Shown here: positions 14,310 to 28,086 of the stretch, one piece after another
Layout: each line of letters opens with the position of its first letter
Numbering within the stretch: position 1 is the stretch's first letter
Assembly (NCBI RefSeq): GCF_009914755.1
Contig: NC_060937.1
DNA: 64,000 nucleotides
DNA from: the human T2T-CHM13v2.0 reference genome, Homo sapiens
Reading direction: 5' to 3' (one strand)
The notes under the pieces: generated by a model
The model's database searches: none
Told to the model about the DNA's origin: nothing
Seen by the model: the letters and a program-made list of their open reading frames with translations, nothing else
Position numbers and translations under genes: made by a program

Positions 14310-15407
14310 TGTGGAATGTTGTATGATACCAGAGCAATGAGCCCCTGGTTATTAAAAGAGTGTCTTTTATGAAAACCTTAAGTTATCGATTGGCAATATA
14401 AACTCTACTGTTTAAAAAGAACTTAAGGTAAAATATGAGGAGAAAGAAAAAAAATGCTGAGACGAAACAGGTCCATAAAATACAATGGAGTATAAAATGT
14501 AGTTTTAATATAGAAAAATAAAAATGATGTAGACACAGAGTGGTTCTCACAAGGAAGTATAAGTATTAGTTAAAAATACTTTGGGGATATACACAAACAA
14601 GACCGATATAGAAACATGGAGAGTAGTTTCAATATTCAAATGAATTTACACAATGTATACAATATACATACAAATATAACATTTATTTGAAAGGCATAGG
14701 TTGGATTTAATAGATGTAACACAATATTAGATAAATCCCCATTTAAAACCAGTCATCTTTAAAATCAGGTAGATAAGTGTAAAACTTTTTCATATTTTAA
14801 AAAGCTATGATTAATTTTATTTTAATTTAGAATTATTTTTAAACAAATTTAAATGTAGTAATGCTATTTGTCAAAAATGCAAATGACTCAACACAAGTCT
14901 ACATGTTAATAACATGAGCATTGTTAGTAAGCAAACTAGTCAGAGAGGTGATATTTTCCTTATACTATTAAAAAATTGTGTCAAGAAAATAAATAGCTAT
15001 AATAAAAGCATTCTGTCAAATGGCTATACTTTTATAAAATCATATCAAAACATTGAATTTACTTCCTGATTTCTTTTAGCAGATAAATGCTACTCAAGTG
15101 AAAGAAGGCAATACCTCCCCCTCCTCTGGGGATGAGGGGTGAAAGGAATTTTTTGGAAATGTGTGAATTTTCGAGTTTATAATAATGACTGCAAAGAGGG
15201 AATAGAATTTCAACCCCAGAGGTCAAGAAAGCAAACTGTTTTCTATGACCCAGAAAATGTCTTCACAGCAAAGATGAATCATGTAACCAAAATGCCAATA
15301 GTGGCTTTGTTGATAACAAGTAAAATGAGCAAACAGAACTGTTAACTTTGTACTCAATTTGGATCACTGATAACGTCATGATTAATCAAAGGAAATGTAT
15401 TTTATAC

Positions 15408-15750
<343 letters not shown>

Positions 15751-15919
15751 CTAGATAATTCTGTATTATAATGCAGAAAAAATATGTTATGATACAAGTG
15801 TATTATAATTCTCTATTATTATAAAACAGCATTATCAAGGGAAAGAAGGGCATCTTGCCTTTCTATACCTAACTCCGTATTTAAAAAAAAATTATCAATG
15901 CAGTCCATGTTTTAAAGCT

Positions 15920-17330
15920 TTTTTGATTGTGGTAAAATGCACACATCAGAAAATGTGCTATTTAAAGTGCACAATTCAGTGGCAGTTAGCGAAGTACCTT
16001 ACTCCTGGCTAAACCCCTACCTGTGATTTTTTTAGGCACAAGTACAGGCAACTACAAAGGTTTACCTGGCAGGCCTCAAGGAGAAAGGCTGCCTTCTCCA
16101 CATCAGACTTGGTGCATGCACAACAAACACGCTGCAGTCTCTGAAGAAAACTGTACTCGAGGACTGAGGCTCCCCAGGCCAGCCATGTACTCAGGCATAG
16201 CTGCAATTCTAGCCCAGGTGCCACCATTCAGAGGCCTCTTTAAGGTCTTTATTGGACAAAAGCCTTTCTCAGATGTCTCTACTAAGATCTCACTATGGGG
16301 TGCGGGAGATTTGAAGACAGTGTTCCCCACTCTGACTGGGGACACAGCACTTTATCGTTCTTAGCCCTTCCCCCTCCCACTTCCTCTGGCCTCTAGTCCA
16401 TAAAGCAGCTGGGGCCTTTTGTTTAAATTCCCTTGGCAGTGAAATGACCCCCAAGCCCGTGCTGATCCACCTAACCCTTTTATGACACCGTTACATGTGG
16501 AAAAATGGAACAGTGTGGGAGCTGGAACTTTCCCTGGGTTAGCCTCTTTCTTGCACTATTTCAGGAAAGGATTAACAGGCCTAGCTGTTAATTTCATTTT
16601 GACTTATCTAAATGGACAACTTTGACACATGACATGTCAGGTCTTTCAGGTACTGACCACAGGTTCTCAGGCCCTCAATGTAGTAGAAATAAATGTGAGG
16701 CAAAAAGAGTTTTTCCCAACAAGGCTTTATTGGGGTTGATGCCTGGGCAAAATGGAGGCAGCATAAAAGAGAGAGAATTCTCTGGCTGGCTCCCCATAGA
16801 GAGTGAGGACAGTAATTTTAAAGAGGTTAAAGCAAGAAAGGAGTGACGTTTAAGCATACAGAGGCAGGGAGTGACTGGTACCTGCCCACTTTGGTGACAT
16901 GCTTCTTCGTGCATTGCATGTGAAATCTCCACCCCTAGGCATGATCGTTGGTAGTATAAGGAAGCTAAGGTAAAGGTTGATCATTCTGGTCTTGTACATA
17001 TGGGGAAGATAGGGTTAACTCCCTTAAGTAAGTTTTATGGTGGAAGCTGTTTATTTTAGCTTCCTCAAAGTCTAGCAATCAGTGGGTATGTCACCTTAGG
17101 CAAGATTTAAGGTGTGGCTTCAGATGGTCTGACTGGGGACCCTGCTGGCCACGGGGCCCCTGCTCCCCACCAACTGTAGTAGATGCCCTCAGTGGAGTGC
17201 GAGGTGGTGGCGGCGAGTCTTGTCTCTATTCTCTCTCACCCCCAGCTGAGCTCCTGACATTGGTACATTCACAATATTGCACAACCATCACATTGTCTAG
17301 TTTCAGAACATTTTCATCACCCGAAAGAGA
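15920..17330 (-). mobile_element. L1MB/MC-type 3' end split by a ~1.27-kb insertion (pieces ~15920-15989 and ~17261-17330)
   Basis: gtggtaaaat...aagtgcacaattcagtggcagttag resumes as tacattcacaatattgcacaaccatcac...ttcagaacattttcatcacc. Confidence 0.65.
16635..17259 (-). mobile_element. Probable ERV solo LTR, family not identified
   Basis: 625 bp bounded by inverted termini tgtcagg...cctgaca (TG...CA); minus-strand AATAAA (tttatt ~16726); GC-richer than the flanks. Confidence 0.6.
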
Positions 17331-19060
17331 GATGATAATGGAATAAATATTTCTCAGCAGGTGGAGGGGTGGTTATCAGAAACTTCTAGCATTATATAAC
17401 ACACATTCATTTTCAATTAAGTGGATTGAATTTTTTTAGAGTTTTCATTAAGGGACACTAAAATATTGAGAGCTATGAATGGGAGTGAATTAAGGTCTTA
17501 GACTATAGCTGTGTTCAAGCATTTAAAGAAGTATCTGTCATTTAGTTACCATTTATCTATTCAAATCCAAAGGATAGATTAAAAAGTGGAGATTAGAAAT
17601 TTCAAAGAAATATAAATAAGTGGAATTTGAGAATTTTTAAAAGCTTCTAATATTTTAAAAAATCTTTTAACAATGAAAAATAAACTTTTTCAATTAGAAT
17701 TGTATGAAACTTTCTAAACTTGATGGAAAGTTGAATTACATGATACCAATTTTCATTTCCATAGGTAACTATTGCTGAGTTAATTTGCTTATCAAACAGA
17801 ATTCAGAGGTAAAAATTAAAAACAATATCACTAAGATCAAAACTATTTTAGCATATTCCAAAATATTTTCATTTCAATGTTTTCTATCTGAATCCATTCT
17901 TCTGTAACTCAATTAGTCTGTGTCTTGACAGTAAACATAAACAGCAAGTATGTTAAAGAGAGGGAATTTAATACATAAGAGAGTTATGCAGATGATATTG
18001 AAAAATCTAAAATAGCAAGTAAAGGGTGATGAAATAATTCAAAGAATAATAACTGTAGGAAGCAGCTACCATTTATATAGCTGAGGAAACAATAAAGGGA
18101 TGGATGATGTTACTAGAATAAAAGAAAGAGATGGTGTTACTAGAACAAAAGGGCTCAGATTTTGTTGATTTATATTATTCCAGCCTGCAGAATATGTGTG
18201 GGAATCAATTTTAAGGATGTGGTTTGAAAGAGTACAGAATGTATCATTGCACAGGGCCAAATGTGTTGATATAGCCGCACTTCTCAGAGACTCTTCATTT
18301 AATATGTTAAATCTGCTCTAATATTTTGTTAGCTTTGCTGACTGAAATCTGGGCTTAGCGGTTGCCAACATTCAGTGAGGCCGAAATATCAGAAATTCTC
18401 TAACATAATGTAGAGGGAAAAAATTCAAAAGCTTAGGAAAATAGGAATGTTGGAATGGATGTATCATATGCCATCTGCTTCCCCATTATATAGTATAAGA
18501 GGCCTGAGAGGATATCCCCTTCCCTAAGGCAGTGATAATACATGACCAGAATGGAGAGAGACACATCATTAAAATGCACTGTGGCAGCAGTCCTCCGTAG
18601 GCTGGGGAAGATGGTGGAAATGAATCATTCACTGAGATGGGCTTTCTTTTTACAGTGATGATGAAGGGTCCCAGAAGGGCGCAAGCCCAACCAAATATTT
18701 ACATGTTAAAGCAGAAAGAAGGGGAATACGTTCTATAATAAACAGCATAACAGGAATAAACAAAGACATAACAGGAATTCTGTGACTCCCATGGATCTTT
18801 GACAGATGCTAATTAGTAACAGAATCCTCAGTTTGAGTAGAATGGCATTCAATTAAAGTATTACTTGATGTTTGTGACACAAACTCTGGATTTGGTGGAC
18901 AGAAACCTTATTTATGGAAGCAATTGTCAGAGTCCCTTCAAAAATATAAATTATAGATCTTCCTCCAGTCTTCTCTAAAAAGACTTTCAGTCTTTTCTAT
19001 GTTCACTGTGCATCACGGAAAGGGAAAATTTGGTAGATTTCCTGTTATTGATTCTGGTTT

Positions 19061-19670
19061 TGTGGCAGGCCAGGTCTCACTAACGCAGGCTTCCATAACA
19101 ACTGTTTCAGTACTGAGCGGTTAAGTGAAATATTAAAGACTGAAAGAGCCAGTGTTCTTATACAAAGCCTGGAATGTAACAAAAGCCCACCAAGAGTTTT
19201 GCCTAGGCATTTCCTGGGCCTTAAAACATGACAAAATAACAAAGGAATTCTTAACAGGACCCATTTGGGATTAAACAACTTTTATTAGGGATCTGAAGAA
19301 AATCCCCAGGCCTCCACAAACAAGTGGAGGAATTCCCCAAACCTCCCTGATTTAGCAGGAGACAAGATAAAGGTAATCACCTCAGCACCTGGACCCATTT
19401 AGATTAAGTAAATTTACTGAGGCTCCAGAGGACGGTCTTGAGGACTCAGATCTTAGTTACAGATTAAAAGAAGTTAATCACTTATGTCTTTAGATGAATG
19501 CACACTTACACATAGACATATAGCTTAGAAGGTAGATAAACTCTGGAAGACTTTGTAATTTTGAGTTGGTCTGGTGATATTTTCCAGGTCTTTTATGTGT
19601 AACCAACCGATTACAGAAATAAAAACTCTCTTCCTCTCCAGTTCATCTGCATCTCATTATTGGGCCATGA
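19061..19670 (+). mobile_element. ERV1 solo LTR (LTR9-like)
   Basis: Starts tgtggcaggccaggtctcactaacgcaggc...ataacaactgtttcagtactga; AATAAA at ~19618; about 610 bp. Confidence 0.7.
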
Positions 19671-20234
19671 AAGCATCAGTAACCAAAAATGGCATTAAGG
19701 GTCACTGGTCAAACTGGGGATTATGAGAGTCAGTCCAAATAAGTAGTCTTGATTCAAGTTCTTCTTCAACCAAGTTTATCTACATAAATATCTTATAGTG
19801 TGGACTTAGTTTCTAATATAATTATATTCAGTAACTGACAGAATACCCACATTCAGTTCTCTAACTGGCGAGGTGAATTATTATCGTAAGAATAACCACA
19901 TGGAAGTCTATGAAAATGTTTCTCCCTATTTGTTTGTAATCCAAGAGCAATGCTACTTCCCTGTGAGTACTGCAGAGATTAGCGTCACTATAAAAGACTT
20001 CAAAGATGCAGAGCTAGTAGTTCCTATCACAATGTTATATAAATAACTCCTTTGTCCATGCTATACGTGAAAAGATCTTGAGAAGTTATTGTGAATTAAC
20101 ATAAACTTAATTGGGGAAGACATAAATTGCAGCTGCTTTTCCAGCTGTGGTAAATTAAGGAAACAAGTCCTTATATTCTCTGACACATGACATTTGGTTA
20201 TTGATTTAGCAGATGGTTTTTTCTATACGAGGAG

Positions 20235-20557
20235 TGCCATGGGATGAAATGTGTTCCCCTGAAATTCCTGTGTTGAAGTACTAACCCACAATACCTCAGA
20301 ATGTGATCTTTGTAAATGAGATCATTGAAGATGTAATTTGTTAACATGAGCTCACACAGGGGTTTGGCGGAATATAATTGAAATCCTTTATAAAAGGGGA
20401 AATTTGGACACAGATACACACACAGGGAGAACACCATGTGAAGACTGGAGATATGCTGCCATGAACCAAGGAACTATTAGAAGCCCCTAGTGCTTTCAAG
20501 GGGAGCACGGCCCTACCAACACACCTTAATCTCGGAGTTCTATGGAAAACTAACACA
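20235..20557 (+). mobile_element. MLT1 (B/C-like) MaLR LTR with internal deletions
   Basis: tgttgaagtactaacccacaatacctcagaatgtga...ataaaaggggaaatttggacacaga...ccatgtgaagactggag...aaactaacaca. Confidence 0.75.
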
Positions 20558-21180
20558 AGGGGTCAGAGATGTTTTATTTTGTTGCTGTTGTTTTTGTTTT
20601 TCTGTAAAGGGACATCTAGTAAATATTTTAAGCTTTCTAGGCCATTTCATCTCTAACACAAATACTTAGCTTTTGTATAGCACAAAATTGTGGCAGGAAA
20701 ATAGAGTCCGGAGGGTGGGAACATAAAGCCAGTTTACACTTCAGCTATAACAGGAAATATCCTCTCCATAGGTCATGGGCCGTAAATGACTTTGTAACTT
20801 TACTTCAGTCTCTCCATTTACACAGGGTGTACCTGAAGTAACCAATGGAATCCTCTAGGGGGTATTTAAAGACTCAAAAAAATTCTGTAATGGGGCCTTA
20901 GAGCCCCTATGCTCTGCCTGCTCTCACACTGTGGAGTGTACTTTATTTTCAATAAATCCCTTAGTCCCTTCCTTGCTTTGTCTGTAAGTTTTGTCCAGTT
21001 CTTTGTTCAAGGCGCCAAGAACTGGACGCTCTCCACCATTAATAAAATTAGCCATAGGCAGTATGTAAAGAAATGAATATGACAGGATTCCAGTAAAATT
21101 TAAAAGCAAACACACAAGCAAAAAGACAGTGGGCTGAATGTGGTCTGTCTGGTTGCTCTGGTTTGCATATCCTTATTTTA
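20558..21180 (+). mobile_element. MER58-like hAT-Charlie relic split by an LTR
   Basis: aggggtc...ttttctgtaaagggacatctagtaaatattttaagcttt...gcacaaaa [LTR] agccataggcagtatgtaaagaaatgaa...ttccagtaaaattt. Confidence 0.65.
20689..21044 (+). mobile_element. ERV1 solo LTR (MER61-like)
   Basis: tg...acacttcagctataacaggaaatatcctctccatagg...ttcaataaatcc...gttcaaggcgccaagaac; 4-bp TSD aaat/aaat. Confidence 0.8.
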
Positions 21181-21667
21181 GACCAATTGGCAGTGCAGTG
21201 CCAGCAACATGTTTGTTCTCACCTTGCAGCAACAAATGTGTATCTTCATAGTTTTGCCTCAGGGTCGTGCCAACTGTTCTGCCTTCTACCACATTTTAGT
21301 CAGTCTAGATCTTGATCATCTTGGCATCCCATGGAATAACTGACCCATTACATTTCTGACATCATATTAATTGGATCTAATGTGCAAATGTTGCAATTAC
21401 CTGAGACCCTTTAGTGTGTTAGAGAGTGAGGAATAAAACCTGTTCCCTCTACCAAGTACTTTAGCAGTCAGGGTCCATTGAAGACTATTGAACCCACACT
21501 AACTATTTAAACAAAAAGAATTTCAAACAGGGAATTAGTTATACATGTAACAAAACTGGAAGTAAAAATAGGTGATGCTGAGATAACACAGATATTGCTT
21601 GCAGGAAGCAGTTCCCATATCTAGGCTGAGGGGAATATAAAAATGTGGTTTACAGTAATATGGGCCC

Positions 21668-22020
21668 TGTCTTCATTGATTTGGGCTGCTATAACAAATA
21701 TGATAAACTGGACAGCTTGTAAAAGATAGAAATTGATTTCTCACGATTCTGGTGGCTGGGAAGTGAAAGATTAAGGTGCTGGCAGATTTGGTGTTTGGTG
21801 AAGGACACCGGAAGTTGTCATGCTGCTGCCTCCTCACTTGGCAGAATTGCCAAGGCAGCTCTTCAGGCCTCTTTTATAAGTGCACTAATCCCACTCATGA
21901 AGGTTCTCTACTCTCATGATCTAATCACCTCCCAAAGCCCCCACTTCCTAATAGCATCACATTAGGGATTAGGTTTCAACATATGAATTATGAGGGGACA
22001 CAAACATTCAGACCATAGCA
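21668..22020 (-). mobile_element. MLT1A-like MaLR solo LTR
   Basis: tgtctt...gggctgctataacaaa...ctaatcacctcccaaag...cacaaacattcagaccatagca. Confidence 0.8.
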
Positions 22021-24971
22021 TGATTGATTACAGGAACTGATCATTATGCTATGTGATCAGATGTCTGAGGGACATACCACATAGCTAGGGCTCAGACCTC
22101 TGGAAAATCACAGCACTATTGGTGCTTAGACCTAAGTTCTGGTACTTAGAACTACAAAACAATGTGGTTGGCTGGTGTAAATACATGGAATGGCTGTGGC
22201 TAGCAACGATAAAGGAAGCTGAAATCTGGGCTCTACAACTGGTATAATACTGACTTAGACTAGAGAAGCGAAGATTTTTCTCTTCCCCAAACTCAAATGT
22301 TTTCAACTGCCAGATTCATAGAAGAAGGCAGCTGGCAATGTGTTGCAAATTCAGCCCCAGAAACAGAAAGCCTCTAAAAGAAAGGCCTTAAGGCCAATAG
22401 AATATTGATAAAGAATAAGCAGGAAATATAATGAATTGCTCTTTTAGATATTTTAATTCAATTTCAAATGTTTATGTAAATGAAAGTTTTCTGGAATTAG
22501 AGAAAATATACCTCTTGATTACACTCTGGGTATGCATAATTTCCAGGGGGCAGAGTAGAACTGTAGAGGACAAATACTAAATATGTTTGTTTTTGTAGCT
22601 TGACAAAGCACAAAGAAGGGAACAATGTTCAGTCTGGCTTTCAGCTGTGATGGTGTATCATGAACAAGTAGGAAAACATTGCCAAGTGTAAAGGCATGGG
22701 AACGGTTTCTGTACTTATCCGCTTAGAACAGGCATATTAAAGAGATTTTCTATTAAATGTCATTATGCTTGAGAAACTACCAAAATAAGTCTTGTAGAGT
22801 AACACAACTCACTTTGTTATCCAACATCAAAGTGTAACTAAAATGACCCAACCAATGTTCAAAAAGGAAATAAAAATTTATCTATGTTGAGAAAACCATC
22901 CACAAATTTATAGTTTCTACAAAATTATATACTGTAATATGTTCAGTATAATTAGCAAATAACATCCAAAAATTTTATTGTCAATTAAAAGTAATACTAA
23001 CAATATCAAAAACAAACCAGAATGGATAACATGCAATTTAAGAGACAGAGCAATGTGTAGAAATTTTAAAAAGGCTTATTTATTAGCAACAGAAACCAAA
23101 TTATATATAATAAATGTAAATATAATTAAGATAATCAAGAATTATTTTACTAGTAGAACACTCAAAAGAGATAAACATTGTGAATGTAGTATTTTGGCAA
23201 GAATGTTATTTGCCTATCTCTCCCTATTTATGTTCCAAATGTGGTTTATAAACATACAGTAAGTTTTGTCAATTCATGCATTTATATTTTAAATTTGAGA
23301 TATATGTTTTTCAACATGGATTCATGAAACAATTATACAGACAAGTATTGAACTCATATTAATAAATGAAAACTATATGCGTTTTATTATAGACCTAACT
23401 AAATGATAAATATACAGTGTACTGTGCAGAATAACATATCTAGAGTTAAAATTTTAAGTGTCTTAATGATATGAAATTTCATGTGCCAGTTTGAATTAGA
23501 AATTAGTTTTACTTCTATTCCTGACTCCTTTTTTATTTGTGCATCATGTAACATCTTTGGATTCTTCTCAGTGTCCCAAAGTCTTATTTTACCACATCCT
23601 TTTTTTATTGTGATGGCATTTTCTTTTTCTTGGCCCAGTTACTATCACTATTCTTAAATGTGCACTTATGTTCCACCTTAATACATTGTCTTATCAACCG
23701 TCCTTTCTTAAAAAGCCTTCAGGATATTTCTTAAAAATCCTTCAGAATATCCCTTCAGGATATTCTGCATATAGGACTGGTTGTTGCTTTTGCTTCTGCA
23801 ACCTGCTTCTGCCTAGTATGACTCTGCTGTCCTCTAGGTGTATCTCTGCTGTCTCCAGAGTTGCAGATGGGGAGCACCTGGGCACTTTTCTATTGGGAAG
23901 TCACAATCTGATTAAAATAAGATCTGAACCTCAATTTCATACAGGACACAGAGAAAATAAGCATAAAAGAGATAGAGAAAAAGGGGGCAGCATGGACAAC
24001 ATCAAGGGCAAGGGGAAAACTTGAAGAACATGTTTCTATAGATGTGAAAAATATTAATTATAAAGAAATTGTATGGTTGATCAAGACAAAAGCTTCCAAA
24101 TAAAATTCCTTTAGAATAAATTTAGTTCTTCACAAACAGGTACTTTGAATGTAACACATTAACTTAGAATGGTAACTTCTGGCTCATTTGCCAAAACGAA
24201 TCAATATGTAGAAGTCAGTTTTCTTGCCCATGGTCAGGATCTGGTCTGCAGGTGCCTTTAGTGTGTCAAAAATAGTATTAAAATATGAGCATCACTGAAA
24301 ATGTTAAAGTAAATTACAAAGTAATCTACATTTCCACTACTTTATTTACCATATGTTTACCTTCAATTTATAGAGTAATTGACTAGTAATCAGTTACCCA
24401 AATAAGAGTTAATTTTCTCCCACGAAAATGTTCATAGTGACAATATTGTTGCTATTGGTTTAGCTACTCAACAGTATTGATTCCAATGTCCCAAGATGGA
24501 TATTGAAGCTCCAAATATCACATATTCTTTAAGTAAGGAAGAAGAACAAAGAAGATGCTAACCACATTAGTCATCTTTTATGAAGAGAACAAAAGCATTG
24601 TCATAGTCCTGAAACCCACTACAGCTGGTTTACTTTTTTGGTCCACAATTGATTCACATAGACATTCTTAGCTGAAAGGAAGATCAGAAATAATCACCAG
24701 AGTTAGGTATTTGCTGTCTTTCCAGAATATTTTTTTTTAACTCACAAAGAAAGAACAGATTTGGAGTAGGTAGCACACAATGTCAAACATACCCACATAC
24801 ATACTTTGTATGTACCACATACAAAGATAAGAAGAACTGAAACATAGGACCCCGTTTCTACATGGCATCAATTGGCTGTAGTTGGAAGCATATCCTTTCC
24901 ACCAGATATCCCATTAATTTTATTGCTTGTGAGTCTCCTTTATGAATTTCTGATTATGATCCCTGTATTTC

Positions 24972-25207
24972 TTTTTTTTTTTTTAACTTTTAACTAAAAA
25001 GTAAACTTTAATGTCGAAAATGCAAACTTGGGGAAGACAGAAAAGATCACACACAAGGCTGTCTCTTCACACTTAGAAGGTTGCACAGCGGCCGGGCAGA
25101 GGCGCTCCTCACCTCCCAGATGGTGGGCAGCCGAGCAGAGGCGCTCTGCACTTCCCAGTTTGGCAGCCGGGCAGAGGCGCTCCTCACTTACCAGACGGTG
25201 GGGAGCC
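24972..25207 (-). mobile_element. SVA2-type VNTR retroposon, 5' truncated
   Basis: Poly-T, a ~100-bp unique 3' segment and three GC-rich SVA-VNTR units (gccgggcagaggcgctcctcac). Flanked by TSD gatccctgtatttct/gatccccttatttct. Confidence 0.8.
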
Positions 25208-25225
25208 GATCCCCTTATTTCTGTA

Positions 25226-25598
25226 TGTATTAGTCTGTTTTCACAGTGCTATAAAGAAATACCCAAGACCGGGTAATTAATAAAGAAAAGAAGTTTAATT
25301 GACTCACAGTTCCACATGGCTGGAGAGGCCTCAGGAAACTTACAATCATGGTACAAGGTGAAGCAATGACCTTCTTCACATGGCAGCAAGAGAGAGAAGT
25401 GCAAAGAGGGGAAGTGCCAGACACTTATAAAACCATCAGATCTCAGGAGAACTCACTTACTATCATGAGGAGAGCATGGGAAAAACCAACCCTATGATCC
25501 AATCACCTCCCATCAAGTCTCTCCCTAGACATGTAGGCATTATGGGGATTACAATTCAAGATGAAAGATTTGGATGGGGAAACAGCCAAATCGTATCT
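25226..25598 (-). mobile_element. THE1D/MSTA-like solo LTR
   Basis: tgtattagtctgttttcac...gaggcctcaggaaacttacaatcatgg...acagccaaatcgtatct; perfect 5-bp TSD ctgta. Confidence 0.9.
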
Positions 25599-25760
25599 CT
25601 GTAGTAAGAAAGGACTTGACTATTTATCTTAGAGCATAAAATGGCTCTATTTAATGACTAAGCCATTCTTTAAGGCAAACAGTTTCTCCATTTTTTCAGT
25701 CTCTCTTTACACTTTGCTTAATTTCCTGGTTTTTCTCAGATTTCTTTCTTTTTATTGCCT

Positions 25761-25795
<35 letters not shown>

Positions 25796-26964
25796 TCTAT
25801 CTCCTTTCTCTACTTTTTCTCTTCTCCAAATTCTGCTTTTGGTTGTGATCAGATACATTTAATAACACATTTTTTTGTTTCCAATCCCCTGCGTTATCTT
25901 TTCATTGAAATATTCTCTCTTCTCCTCTCCCCTTCTCTCATACCACGTTTTGTGCTCCCAACTCATTTCATTTTGTTTTTCACTCTCACCTTCCATTGTG
26001 CTCTTTCTGTTTACATGCTATATTTCACTGTTTTCCTCATTGTTTTTATAGCTCGTTTGTTTTCTGCTTTGTAGCTGATTGTTTTCCTCCTCTATTTCAA
26101 GGTCATAGGCCTCAGTCTCTCATAATTTTCTCTATTGAATTATTGCTTTTACTTCTAGCAGAAATTCACGTAAATTTGAGTGTGATGTGAGATTTTCCAA
26201 TAGTTAAACACATTCTTTTACTAGTAGAAGATTAACCAAATTATTCCTAATTATGTAAGCATCCAATGCACATAAAACTGAGTTTGAACACTTCCTTAAG
26301 GAAAAAGAATATGATCTCATCAGTTTCAGTAGGGTTATATAAAGTACTTTGCATCAAGTGCAGACTTTCTTATGTCATAGAAAAAGTCTTAAGAAAGTAA
26401 GCTGAGAACTATAATGGCAAGATAAACAAAGAAACTGAGAGAGGACATAGATGGATGGTAGAATGATTAATGCTGTATCTACTCAGTACAGGTGTTTGGT
26501 ACTTAAGCAAGTGGTTAGAAAACAAATTGAACATTTATTCTTCCTGACAAAGGGATTAAGAAATGTGGTTGATTATACCTTTATAAATGAAGCTTTGAGT
26601 AAACTACTGTCTTGATTGATTTCTTTGGTATTTGCTAACACTGCAATTGAACATTCTGTTGGGAATTCTTTTGTTTGTGTTTGCTTCCTGAAGATGTGAA
26701 TTAACTTTTAATTAATGGGATTAATAAAGACATTATGAAACAGCAGTGATTGGTTTATTAATAACTATACTGGATCTAACCAAATACAAAACATTTCAAA
26801 GGCATACGACTTTCTCAACATTAAAATGACAAAGCTTAGAGAACATTTCACTAGCACTTGATGGTGAAAATAATCTTACAGTGGAATTTAATAATGAGTC
26901 CACCACCCTACTGTTTATTTGAAAGCAAAGAGCCAGGTTTTTTTATTCCAATTTATTCAAACTA

Positions 26965-27435
26965 GATTTCATCACCCATCAAGCATTTTGAGCACTTTCT
27001 ACTTACCAGGCACTGTAAGGATACAAAGTTGAATACAACAGCAGGGGCGGTTAATACATTTGAAGATCTGGCAAGGTGGTATTAAAAGCCATGATGAGGA
27101 TTATAAACAAAGCAAAATGATGCTCTGAAATGAAATCATTTGAGTGGTGGGAGCTTCTCTTGGACACATTGGTCAGAGAAAGCCACTCTGAAAAGTTGCT
27201 ACTTAAAAATGAGACCTGAAAGGTGACAAATGGCCAGCCATGTAAGGAATGAGCAGAAGAGCATTTGAGACAAGGGATCCCAAGCAGGTCAAATCACCTT
27301 AGGTAGAAATCAATTGGTTTGTCAATAATCAGAAAGAATTACCAGTATAGTAGTAGGATATTGTGACCGTTGGACTTTGGCAGCTAGGTCAGTTAAGAAG
27401 TTTATATATATTGTTCTAAGTGCAGTGGGAAACAG
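26965..27435 (-). mobile_element. L2 fragment
   Basis: aagcattttgagcactttctacttaccaggcactgt...ggtcagagaaagccactctga...tgagacctgaa...ttctaagtgcagtgggaa. Confidence 0.6.
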
Positions 27436-27782
27436 ACTATTAATGTGGCTTTCAGTTCCGTAATTTGTAATGAAATATATATTTGTTGTGAACTTTTAAC
27501 ACTTATAAAACCATTTGTTATAAACAAATGCAACTATATGTTAAAGAGGGAAGTATAATAAGCCCTCATACATCTGTCACTGAGATTATACTACTAATGT
27601 TTTTATAAGTGTTCTTACCCTTTCAAGTGATTTATCTCCACACTCAAAGGGCTATCACATGCCATTTTTACATACCTAATTGTTGGAAAGAAGTATATAT
27701 GTCTTTTCTCTAACACATACCTCTTGAGAGACTGCAATAAATGATATATTCATTTTTTGTAGATGTAACTGTATAAGGTGGA

Positions 27783-28055
27783 TGTTACTGAGCAAACAAC
27801 GGGCTCGCTGCTGTGCCACACACAGAGGTCAATACAATGGCACTGGCGTTTGAGAAAAGAAAGGTTTTATTGCAAGTCACCTGGCAAGGAAATAGGAAGA
27901 AAAATCTATCTCCCTGCGCTGGGGTCTGGGGGGCAGGTTGGATAGGCAGAGGATAGTTATTGGGAAGATAGGAAGATATGATGAGGTGTGATCTGATTGG
28001 ATCATGCAGAGATGGAGTAATGGGTTCTTGTCTCTTAAGTCCATACTGCAGCAAA
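27783..28055 (-). mobile_element. Partial ERV1-type LTR
   Basis: tgttactg...gggctcgctgc...gagaaaagaaaggttttattgcaag is a typical antisense LTR U5/polyA region. Confidence 0.5.
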
Positions 28056-28086
28056 ACAAAGTCACCTTGTTTTCATTATGAGTCTT

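Larger units (their letters stand above)
18130..21410 (+). mobile_element. Decayed ERV-L (HERVL-like) internal gag-pol, interrupted by younger elements
   Basis: gaatatgtgtgggaatcaattttaagg resembles gag EYVWEWILR. gcagagattagcgtcactataaaagacttcaaagatgcagag resembles RT AEISATIKDLKDAG. gttttgcctcagggt gives VLPQG. cattacatttctgacatcatattaattgga resembles HYIDDIMLIG. Confidence 0.75.

Noticed and set aside
23715-23766. Short repeats of ccttcagRatat
   Set aside because: Small slippage duplication with no further structure.
25085-25207. Repeat-spacer-like GC units resembling a CRISPR array
   Set aside because: They are SVA-type VNTR units in primate DNA, with no unique spacers and no cas genes.
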